A stretch of 64,000 nucleotides of DNA from Schmidtea nova (Eukaryota). Under the pieces are notes generated by a model, which was not told the DNA's origin, did no database searches, and saw nothing but the letters and a program-made list of their open reading frames with translations. The translations under genes and the position numbers were made by a program. Of this stretch, positions 44,401-52,930 are shown in pieces (position 1 is the first letter of the stretch; every line of letters starts with the position of its first letter). The DNA lies in assembly GCA_044892505.1 (NCBI GenBank), contig CM097882.1, forward strand, positions 380,432,001 through 380,496,000, in the 5' to 3' direction.

Positions 44401-45952
44401 TGTTCTGATTATTGTTATTGTTGTTTTGTTGGTTTCCATAATCTGGTCGGTTTACGGTATTTACTTGATTTCCGTAATTTGGTCGGTTCCCATTGCTCTG
44501 CCAGTTTCCTCGCTGATTACTTTTTTGTCCGCAATTTCTTGAATAGTGACCAGGTCGTCCGCAATTAAAACAGATTATTGTAGAACATCTGCTTTCCGAG
44601 TGTCCTTTAACTCCACATTTTCCGCAATTCGAATTTTGATAGCATTCTTGCTGCCAGTGTCCCAACTTCCCGCATGTTTTACATTGTTTTGTTTGTCTTT
44701 GAGGGTTGTAATTGTTTTGGTTTTCAAAGTTCTGCACTTTATTTCCTTCATTTCTTCGTTGAGGGGGTGGTCGGTTTAATTGTTGCGAATTTGGAATGTG
44801 ATTGTTGAGATTTACCTCTGGTTCGGTTTGCGCTGTGTCCATGGCTAAGTAAATTCTGCCCTCACTTCCTATCATGTGTAATTCGAATCGGTTAGCTGTT
44901 TCTAACGCTTGATCAATGGTCTTGCATCCTTGGCATCCAACTTGCGCTCTTATGTCAGGTCTTCTTAATCCTCCTATGAAGATGGCTGCCATTAACTCCT
45001 CGTTTATTGGACCTCCATCCTTGAATACTGATTTTGCTAATTTTTTCAGTTCGCTCGCGTATACCGCGTTAGATTCATTCATCTTTTGTTTCCTCATTGA
45101 AAATTCTATGAATGCCTCGCTTAGCACTTTATTTATTCCAAATGTTTGTTGGAAAAAATCCTTTATCGCTGTCCAGCTTGTAGGTGGATTGGTACCATTT
45201 TTCGCTTCCAAATATAGGTCCAATGCACTATCTTTCAAATATAACTGAATTCTGCTTACTGTTGTTTCCGCTTTCCACTTGCATACTTCTACGAATATGC
45301 CAAATTCTTTTAAAAAGGTTTCTAATTTACTCGCATCTCCGTTAAACGGTTCTCCTGAAAATTTATCCTTTATTTCTTCTCTTGGTTCACCCATTTCAAT
45401 TCCGCTGTCTTGAGTTATTTTACTTTCGTTTCCCCTTGTTTCTAGTTTGTTGTTATGTTCGTCTTCTGTTTCACTCGAGCTTGAATCGCTTTCTGTTTCT
45501 CTTATTACTTCGTTATCTGATATTATACTTTCGTTATCACTCTCGTTGATTTCTACCTCTGGTTCTACCTCGTTTTCTACTTCTCCGATATTATCGTTGT
45601 TAGTTTCGTCGGTTTCTCCTTCTTGTTCTATCTCGTGTTCTATTTCTTCGATATTCTCGTTGTTAGTTTCGTCGCTTTCTATTTCACTTGCTTGGTTCTC
45701 CTTGGATTCGGCTTGGTTTTCTTTGTTACTTGAGCTGTTGCTTACTATTGACAATTTATCGTTTTCGATAATCGATTTATCTCTTATTATTTTCCTCGCT
45801 TTACTCCCTTGTGGGTTCTTGTTGTTATCCTTGCCGGCTTTCTGCTTTTTTGTTGATTTTGTTGTAGTACTAGTTTTGTCTTTTTTGTTAATATTGCTGC
45901 CGACTTTCTTTTCCGTTGGCTTTATTACGACACTCTTTGCTCCTTTTCTCAA
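41453..45952 (-). CDS. gag: 1499-aa extended Gag: charged N-terminus, capsid, three CCHC knuckles, about 1000-aa extension with ubiquitin-like repeats
   Basis: FNGDASKLETFL...W...LYLKDSALDLY; CKTCGKLGHWQQEC, CGKCGVKGHSESRC, CFNCGRPGHYSRNC (about 44530-44685); first ATG at 45394. Confidence 0.9.
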   Translation of the reverse strand: MRKGAKSVVIKPTEKKVGSNINKKDKTSTTTKSTKKQKAGKDNNKNPQGSKARKIIRDKSIIENDKLSIVSNSSSNKENQAESKENQASEIESDETNNENIEEIEHEIEQEGETDETNNDNIGEVENEVEPEVEINESDNESIISDNEVIRETESDSSSSETEDEHNNKLETRGNESKITQDSGIEMGEPREEIKDKFSGEPFNGDASKLETFLKEFGIFVEVCKWKAETTVSRIQLYLKDSALDLYLEAKNGTNPPTSWTAIKDFFQQTFGINKVLSEAFIEFSMRKQKMNESNAVYASELKKLAKSVFKDGGPINEELMAAIFIGGLRRPDIRAQVGCQGCKTIDQALETANRFELHMIGSEGRIYLAMDTAQTEPEVNLNNHIPNSQQLNRPPPQRRNEGNKVQNFENQNNYNPQRQTKQCKTCGKLGHWQQECYQNSNCGKCGVKGHSESRCSTIICFNCGRPGHYSRNCGQKSNQRGNWQSNGNRPNYGNQVNTVNRPDYGNQQNNNNNNQNKTTTKEIHLMQEVQRLTELINNTARGNPQINPQQISMMRKIESENERLNRESQARHAQEWARIQREDEQKQQERERQPLRINMLRATKQTDNYEKETTPEINSINPNPTDNESRKEITQKDEEVEKEIKKEVETEINQEERKESWKRGMMVIMPSKSVFRFQYNVKEEVGILFNKVNQMVPGVTKLPREAFLQIEGAPKVKLELTDIWENLGVVETKRNVMIIKEIEPEEIPPPIRHETRIRRIFEGKMIRRRLKEIDELGKKMGKVELMEDKNELTPEISKNKTKPTENTQGETNQTAHINMLRNTTREFSDEEEDSDISSLAGDILNESEDENKEREVIKTSEPTQMKVDEIQKLLDNSLEVIYNEEFMDKKQYRKFMKALLQMNYKEWLQDREVDMLNRYVGKLIEEPLLNYTISIIINTSTPRIWIKTPFTDDIYRWVEDRLGSSYKNKFIYSQNRLVKKRTHLVETGIWPGEITLLSICDEKEEENLQEVAREANTCFERRIKPRLEYEKERVLRKNLNSLIEQIIPQVKKHRKELMRSEYEKLKRCIECIRDTSHTRWSQISHDKLIAKMGKTMFRQGKITDLKISVELPNEDTKEIEVVADCTIKELINVINETLVQREPEDEWEDDIIIQYNEHVLWDHDERRLYKIGIWDNHQTIHVSRMDDTPRETAKDEKRERERRKEVVRKLQQIVEIYRNWRIWPEWENVLEELNLNRRIRTPVEKQWNEKGKCWEPKEGEYEEEYKRGIEDDCEPEIGRVCMVTRKATPIDLDGPETAAMWLEREKQKTEEFVEILKTNAHGKRKLIKGLADFFVVNGEDITCLRKVAKAIAEYKRVNEWCPEQLDHVIRKWRNQEFSQEIPQKVHLRIIYPNKDKEELWVGIAEKIRDIKKKLRYEPPFHLQHQGRSLDNSLEIGITPAQLDLMNTLTVEAIAGQPLKRKEENHKPHGSISTPSPMKSVPTPGTSSRRSETTPRETK

Positions 45953-46564
45953 CGGGATTACTTTTGTATACTCAATTTTCCTGTCCTATCTCTTATCGTT
46001 TTCTGATTCTTCTTGCTTGATTGATTGATTTGATTGATTTGTATGTCTAAAATACAAAGGTCCTCAACGATACATTATTGTTATCGTCGCGCTTTTATTC
46101 CCTTTCTTTCGGGATTACTTATTACCGGGTTTTCATTATTTCCCAATTCCCAGATTCCCCTTTATTTTTAGTCTATTTAAATTATCTATAGACTGGTCAC
46201 AATTATCTATTTATGTCGTAATAATTATCTATGTTTTATCAAATCAATTACTTTTCCCACAGTTTCCCAATTGTTTTGGTCGCTCGAGCGCTCTAATTCC
46301 CTGAGTCTTTCTGACTCGTTTATCATTATTTTATCATCTCTATTCATTGTTCCCTGCTAGCAATCGTTTTACTCATTCTGCCGGTTGCTCCGGTCAGCTC
46401 AAATCTCCACTATTCTCCTTGCATGCTTTACTTAAGGTTGCATAATCAGCTTTACTCGCATTCTCTTAACTACTGGTGCGCACTACTCTAAATCTCGTCG
46501 ACGATTACACTATGGGTCTATATTCCCCCTGTTACTATTTATCCGGATATCTCTATAATTCACT

Positions 46565-46821
46565 ATGGCTCTTTTGGCCTCAATTTTATATCTCCCATGG
46601 CTCTATTGGCCTCAATTTAATCTCTTACATGGCTCTATTGGCCTCAATTTAATCTCTTACATGGCTCTATTGGCCTCAATTTAATCTCTCAAATGGCTCT
46701 CTTGGCCTCAATTTAATCTCTCAAACGGCTCTATTGGCCTCAATTTTAATCTCTCAAATGGCTCTATTGGCCTCAATTTAATCTCTCAAATGGCTCTATT
46801 GGCCTCAATTTAATATCTCCA
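46565..46821. repeat. Tandem array, 8 x 32 bp
   Basis: ATGGCTCTATTGGCCTCAATTTAATCTCTCAA-like units start at 46565, 46597, 46629, 46661, 46693, 46725, 46758, 46790. Confidence 0.95.
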
Positions 46822-46861
46822 TAACGCCTAGCTAGGTCATTCAATAAGGCTCGTTGGCCTC

Positions 46862-47037
46862 AACCCTTTTTTTCAAGGGACAAACCGCTAATAACCCTTT
46901 GTTTCAAGGGACAAATCTCCTAACCCTTTGTTTCAAGGGACAAATCTCCTAACCCTTTGTTTCAAGGGACAAATCTCCTAACCCTTTGTTTCAAGGGACA
47001 AATCTCATAACCCTTTGTTTCAAGGGACAAATCTCCT
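46862..47037. repeat. Tandem array, 6 x 29 bp
   Basis: AACCCTTTGTTTCAAGGGACAAATCTCCT units start at 46862, 46893, 46922, 46951, 46980, 47009. Confidence 0.95.
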
Positions 47038-47516
47038 AATTTTACTTAACCGGTTAATCACAATTCCCTACTTCGCTAGCGATTAATACTTCTCAGCTGA
47101 GTTATAACTACTTCTATGCGAGCTGACTATGCACCTTTTATTCTTTCAAAAATTGTCATTTATCTCTTTATTCTATCATAACTAATTCCTGATCAGTCTG
47201 CTTCAACTTTTTATTTATTTTTCTTATGCGCGCTTTACTCCATCAAGATTTCCCTATCTCTCTCCCCAACCAAAATATACAAAAAGATCGCGTTGGTCCA
47301 TTAATGCAGGATGTGGTGATCAATCACATCACAAAAACTTTTCAACATTTGCGATGGGCCCCTTTCTATACACCTTGAATAAGTTGATCAATCGGTACCT
47401 CCCAATGGATTCTTATCGGACTACTTTGTAGTAGCTCAAAAATTATTTAAATACAACGATTGTACCCATGATTTCATCATTAATAAACCAATAAAACTCC
47501 ACTTAAACATTATTTA

Positions 47517-47978
47517 TTATAAATATACAATAATTTTATCATCAATCATCAGGTTGCACATAGGACATAGGTCGCGCTTGCTGGCACATATTTTACAAAA
47601 ACGAAAATGTCCGCAAGGTAAAAACATAATTTGTATCTCCCTATCCTCACATATATAGCACTGTCGGTATTTTTTCGCTGCTTCTACCCCTTGCGCCCTC
47701 CATCGATTGTATGTTGAGGTTAATCGTTGTTCTATTTGCCTGCACTTAAGGTTTAATTCTGCATTTTCTAATCGTGCTCTGTACCATTTGTAGCGGGTCT
47801 CTATGTCGATTTTTCTTGTTCTTTCCGTTATCTTTATTAATTCATCCGTTTCCTCGGTCTGTGTTGTGGGTTCCTGAAATTCAATCTCTCTAAATCGGTT
47901 TATCTTCTTGCCAATCGTTCCTAATGTTTCGCTTTCTGTGTTGAGGAATTCTTCGATTTCTTTCAGTTTTTCCTCCAT
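47517..47978 (-). CDS. 153-aa protein with a C-terminal IAP-type RING finger, no BIR
   Basis: CYICEDREIQIMFLPCGHFRFCKICASKRDLCPMC...IIVYL-stop. Confidence 0.85.
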   Translation of the reverse strand: MEEKLKEIEEFLNTESETLGTIGKKINRFREIEFQEPTTQTEETDELIKITERTRKIDIETRYKWYRARLENAELNLKCRQIEQRLTSTYNRWRAQGVEAAKKYRQCYICEDREIQIMFLPCGHFRFCKICASKRDLCPMCNLMIDDKIIVYL

Positions 47979-48283
47979 TTACTGAATAAATAATTGTTTT
48001 TAACTTTGTTATTTTTATCATTTCTAAAGTAGTAATATGTTTCGCTTTGTATCTTTTGATATTTATCAATCCTCCCCGTGTTTCCGACAATTGTCGTCCC
48101 GACAAATTATCTATGCATGCATTTAATTTTTAACTTCACTTTTGTTCACTGCCATGTTGTTATTTTAATTTTTATACAATAATTTAATTATAACCTTTCT
48201 GTTTTTTATTAAATTAATTGACACGAGCATTTTAAACTTCTCTGCAGATTTTACATTTACATTTTTCCGATAAAACGAAGTTG

Positions 48284-48301
48284 ATCCCGACTGAGCCCCC
48301 A
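48284..48301 (-). promoter_or_regulatory. Primer binding site, tRNA-Pro-like
   Basis: Minus-strand TGGGGGCTCAGTCGGGAT, 6 nt after the LTR CA; 15/18 match to the MLV-type Pro PBS TGGGGGCTCGTCCGGGAT. Confidence 0.8.
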
Positions 48302-48763
48302 AATTTATGCTGGGTTCATGGAGGGGTTAGATGAAAAATGCTCTAACAATGACTAGGGATCCCTCATCCATGATCATGCATAAAATTGCAATTTTACACT
48401 CAAGCGCCCTTGATTAGTCCCCTATATAATCAAGTTGGTGATGCGCAGGGTGGTTAAACAATGATGGGCAGGTGAGCACTATCGCTAGTACTACTCCCCA
48501 TTTATGTTTACGGGTCCATTGCTGCCGTTAGAAGGACTTATGCTTTAATTATTTGCTTAGGTATTCCGCAAACATCTTTTTAGAAAACTTTATGTTTAAC
48601 ATTGCGTATTCTGCGAGAAGTGTTCAAATCGAAATGCTCGCCTAATTATTTGTTATCTTGTGATATGATTTTATACTTTTATACTCCATTTATCTAATTA
48701 TTTGTCAAGTTACAGAATCCATTTAAAAGAACAATAACAATTAAATTATCCCGAAAATTTTAT

Positions 48764-49360
48764 TTAAGTTTTAATTAATTCCGTAAAAACTCCAGCCGGA
48801 GGAAAAATCTCCGTCAATAATTCTTCTTCGGTCATCCGATGTAGACCATCTACTTGACTCTGTAATCGCTGAGCGAATAATTTCCTCTGTCTTCGCCGTT
48901 TCTGCCCAATGCGCTTGCGTTTCTGGTGCGCATTTGCCGTAGAGGTGGTTGAATTTGCTGCAGGAGCCGTCTCATTCCGACTTTCGATTAGATCGGCGAC
49001 ATCCGTACCAATGGAATTTACAGTCTTCTTTTCTGATGTCCAAGCTTGATACGTAACCGGACGGATTTGCTCTCTGAGCTCTTTCTCAATATATGAGGCA
49101 GTTACGGAATGGAGGCATTTTCGGAGTTCTATCTTCGTAGCCTCCCATTCCATTTGGTAATCGGCTGCAGTCTGCTGGGCGCGTTCGGTTTTACTGATTT
49201 GCTCTTTCATCCTGGCCGGAGCAAACCAGCTTTTGCGCAAGTATGCAATCTGTGCCTCGGCTTTGATCAATTGTGCCTTGAGGAGACCCAATTCCTTGTC
49301 CTGGGCTCTCCGGATCCGCCACATCTTTTCCAATTCTCTCTGTATCAAATCGGTGGTCAT
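48764..49360 (-). CDS. LTR-ORF B, 198 aa, coiled coil with a basic patch
   Basis: Intact; KRKRIGQKRRRQRKLF; minus-strand AATAAA next to the stop. Confidence 0.6.
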   Translation of the reverse strand: MTTDLIQRELEKMWRIRRAQDKELGLLKAQLIKAEAQIAYLRKSWFAPARMKEQISKTERAQQTAADYQMEWEATKIELRKCLHSVTASYIEKELREQIRPVTYQAWTSEKKTVNSIGTDVADLIESRNETAPAANSTTSTANAHQKRKRIGQKRRRQRKLFAQRLQSQVDGLHRMTEEELLTEIFPPAGVFTELIKT

Positions 49361-49544
49361 TCTATAATTTATTTAGGATATTTACTTTATGATTAAATTA
49401 TGTGAAAAATGAAAATCTGATTATAGGGTTATTAGGTTACGAATACGAACTATTAAAAACACAAAACAAAACTCAAAACAACAAAATAAAAACACCACTG
49501 AACATTAATATTTGAACACAATTTAAACATTTGTCAATCAGTTT

Positions 49545-50024
49545 TTATCTCCGAAACAAGCTATGTAATTCGCTGTTAATCGGCCTCCGACGAAGACGAG
49601 TCCAAGAGAATGAGGGTTGTCCTTTCTGGCACTCCTTGCCGAACGGTTTTCGTGGTAGAAATTCGTGTAGGCCTAGTTGACACAGTTCCCGACGAGGGAT
49701 GTGCCCCCAATAAATTATACGGCTTGTCCGTCCCTCGGTGTTTTTGACCAATACGATCAATCGGCCAAACTTATTCGAGTACGGCCTTTGGGAAATCGGC
49801 CAGTTCGGTCCTCCTCGATAGGGTATTTGGTCGTTCCCTCCTGTCCATATCAAGAACGGGCATTTTCGGCCAAACCCATGTCGCCACTTATACATCTGGC
49901 AGTTGAGGGTTCGCAACACCGGTGCCGGTAGATCCTTGAGCTGCGAGATCTTTCCATTCTGGGTATCCCCTTGTTCCACATTCCGTAGTTGAGTTAATTG
50001 ATTCATAAATTCGGCTGTCGACAT
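49545..50024 (-). CDS. LTR-ORF A, 159 aa, unknown
   Basis: Intact in both LTRs; TAG-ATG start context. Confidence 0.55.
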   Translation of the reverse strand: MSTAEFMNQLTQLRNVEQGDTQNGKISQLKDLPAPVLRTLNCQMYKWRHGFGRKCPFLIWTGGNDQIPYRGGPNWPISQRPYSNKFGRLIVLVKNTEGRTSRIIYWGHIPRRELCQLGLHEFLPRKPFGKECQKGQPSFSWTRLRRRPINSELHSLFRR

Positions 50025-51480
50025 CTATATTACATTCATTGGATATAAAATATATGAGTTAACGGAGGGAATTTGTTGATAAATCATTTATACTGCATAT
50101 AATCACAAAAGTTACTTAAAAATAAGATTAATTTTATTTCTCTCCGCCGTGATCTACCACGGTAGGAATAAAGAGTTCATAATTAGTTCTGTGCTATATA
50201 CAGCATTCAGGAATATAGAATTTAATACAGATTTCCGCGCTATATACAGCGATCGGACTATAACTTGGGAACCGCGCCATATACGACGATCGGCCTATTT
50301 TTAGTAACTAATTTAATTTGGATTTTCCGACGCATTCCAACGCGATCGGAATTTATCGATATTAAAATTTTGTAGGCGAGATGCTGATTCCGAATGAAAT
50401 CGGACTTTGGACTGCGTTGGATTTTCTCATTTCAGCGAAATTATTCAAATTTATTTTATTTGTTGCTCACTGTTTTTCCATGCGGGAGGTTCCATTTCGA
50501 TTCAATTGACTAAAAATTTAAATGATGAGCATGCCATACCATGGGGTGTCACTCCTTATCAATCCGCCCCCCCCGCATTCTCCCTATTTGGCCCTCGACT
50601 CTCGTCCGTTGTGCAACCCAGAATTAAATAATTAGTAAATGGTCTGTACTAGATTAAAAATTCAATCAAATTTTCTAAATAAAATTCTACATCTAACTAA
50701 ATATTAAAAAGGTTGAACCGCCATGTGAGACCGTGAGGCCCCACAACGACGACTCGGACTCCCTCGCCGCGTGAGCAGCATAGGAAGTATAGCTATATGC
50801 ATTAAAATGTCAATATCAAAAATAAAATAACGTTTACATATAAAATTTTTAATTGAACAAAAATCATGGGTACATCATATAAAACAAAATAAAGAAATTA
50901 CTTCCGTACTTGAATGTGTGGTTCCTTGTATGAAATTCTGTTTTTTTCAAAAAATCTCGTTGGGTTCAATGAAATATTACTTAAATCAAAGTTTAGTCTT
51001 GATTGTAAGTTAAAAGTAAAACGTCTGTTGTTGTGATTTTTGGATCGGTATTTATACTGATCCGTCTGGTTGGATTGACCAATCAGGATCAGGCCGTCCA
51101 TCAAAGTATTTTTATTATTTTATTCTAATCTAAACATTATTTTGTTTCCTTTTCCGGTTTCTCGCTGGGTGGTCCTGATTTTCCAAGTAATTAATTAATT
51201 ATTTGCACTATTATTTTATTTAATTCTATCTTTTCTTATTTCAGGCCCCCTTTTGCTGTTGTTTACCGGTTTATTTTCAAAATTTCCTTTTACTGAAAAT
51301 TTATCAAATATTATTTGTCGTTTTATTGTTATTTTTAATTTGTTTTTCTTGTTATTTTTATGTTTATTATTTTCTTATTGTTTTGTGTTTTTGCTCTTTT
51401 ATTGTGTTTTTGGGTGATTTGGCGGGCCCAACACATATATTGATTCATACAATTATTACACAATACCAATTAATTAATTA

Positions 51481-51483
<3 letters not shown>

Positions 51484-51516
<33 letters not shown>
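51484..51516. repeat. (TA)n microsatellite
   Basis: Visible TA run. Confidence 0.9.
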
Positions 51517-51528
<12 letters not shown>

Positions 51529-51544
51529 CATTTATTTATTTTAT

Positions 51545-51775
51545 AGTAAGGAATCATTTCCATCAAATCTATCTGCCATAAATCACTGATACCAATTGTT
51601 TTATATCTTCTTGTAGGAAATCTTTTCAACATTGGTTTATTTAAACTGTATAATAATTGACCAGACAACCATTTTTTAGTTTCTTCCTTTGAATTAGTCA
51701 CTCTTTGAAATTTTTTCTAAACCACCAAATCCATCTGAATCTTTTGGATTTGTCCATATCAATTTGAGATTTTTC
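51545..51775 (-). pseudogene. Polinton/Maverick-type integrase N-terminal relic
   Basis: NPKDSDGFGGL...KKWLSGQLLYSLNKPMLKRFPTRRYKTIGISDLWQIDLMEMIPY; ends near the TA run. Confidence 0.65.
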
Positions 51776-51899
51776 TCTAATATTTTCTTTTTGGATAATT
51801 TTCATATATTGCCCGATTCACTCTTGTGACTTACTTTTTCTGACAGAATTTTGTTTAATAATTTTATCAAAATTAACATACTTAAAAAAATTTTCAATA

Positions 51900-52450
51900 A
51901 GTTATGAAAATTAAAATACAACTTCAAATGCAATACTACTGTCAGACAAAGTTGAAACAAATTTATTGATATCTATCTCATTGTTGATTAGAAATTCTAT
52001 CATTTAACGACAAATATCTTCGCATTAAGTTTGCCCATTCACAGATAACTAAACTAATAACTTGTCACGAATACCCATGGTTGTTACATACCAACCTTAA
52101 TGTCACATGACTCATCACGTGCCAGGGAAAATGCCGATGCTAGAAAGTCTTCAGTTTGTTGATTTGTTACACCTGCAGCTATTTTAATGGTTCTGTGATA
52201 GACTAGTTTTATAGATAGTGAAGTGTCCTTAATTTTTTTCATTTGTATTTTTAATGTCACCGAAGAGATATTATAACATAACCAGAAAGCACTTTTTTAT
52301 TTAAATCCACCATCTGTATATGGTCTTCGATTCTTAACAATCTCTCCAGAAACAGCAAATCTAGCTGTAGTTTTATTATTCGAAGACTGCATCTAACTAC
52401 CAAGCCCAGACGTTGATTGTCGTATTCTTCGTTTTAGTTTCATCAGAGCT
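51900..52450 (-). pseudogene. hAT (SPIN/GTF2IRD2-like) transposase relic
   Basis: FAVSGEIVKNRRPYTDG...FSLARDESCDI; many stops. Confidence 0.6.
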
Positions 52451-52930
52451 TTTTTTAATCTGCAGAAGGTAGTATCTTCAAAAATGAAACATTTTGTTAA
52501 AAGATGTTGTATTATCATACAACTTGTCAAACGACACATGTGAGAAGTTCCATCGGATTTGATTTAAATACACAAGTTTCAGCCAATTTGTTTTCAAATT
52601 CTCTGTACTTCCTTAATTTTTCATTCTTCTTTCTTAATTGATATCTTATTGTAGTGCCTTCGTCATATATATAAATATAAAATAAAATATAAAATAAAAT
52701 ATAAAGCATATATAAAAGTAGAGTTGTTTGAATAACCAAACGCACTGGCACAAATTCGAAAAACAAAATACAAATCAAGATAGAATTCAATCAGCACAAG
52801 AGGATCGCAGCATGGATACATTTCTTAATAAATAAAATTTATATTATTATTAACTCCAGTTTTGTTATTTCAGTTATGAAATCAGATAATGTTTCGTCGA
52901 TATTTTTTCTCAATTTATTAGCCTCTATAC

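Larger units (their letters stand above)
23616..51433 (-). mobile_element. Giant (27,818 bp) Gypsy-type LTR retrotransposon / endogenous retrovirus-like element with many accessory genes
   Basis: Direct repeats at 23616-26728 and 48308-51433; outer termini TG...CA on the minus strand; TSD CATA (23612-23615, 51434-51437); PBS; gag and PR-RT-RH-IN in long ORFs. Confidence 0.95.
48308..51433 (-). repeat. 5' LTR of the giant element (3126 bp)
   Basis: Minus-strand TGTTGGGCCC...GAACCCAGCA. Confidence 0.95.

Noticed and set aside
27427-46028. Many long plus-strand ORFs (e.g. 27510-28574, 30151-30825, 33096-33806, 41616-42302, 45447-46028)
   Set aside because: Antisense shadows of the A-rich minus-strand ORFs; S/F/L/I-rich low-complexity translations with no motifs.
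46565-47037. Arrays with repeat lengths similar to CRISPR (29-32 bp)
   Set aside because: Head-to-tail units with no unique spacers, no cas genes and a eukaryotic context.
47517-47978. Calling the RING ORF a full IAP
   Set aside because: No BIR motif is visible in or upstream of the ORF.
1126-48301. tRNA-complementary segments as tRNA genes
   Set aside because: Only 12-18 nt primer binding sites; no cloverleaf or A/B boxes.
23616-51433. 3.1-kb direct repeats as a segmental duplication or misassembly
   Set aside because: TG...CA termini, a 4-bp TSD, a PBS at the expected junction and copy-specific differences fit LTRs better; long reads should still confirm.
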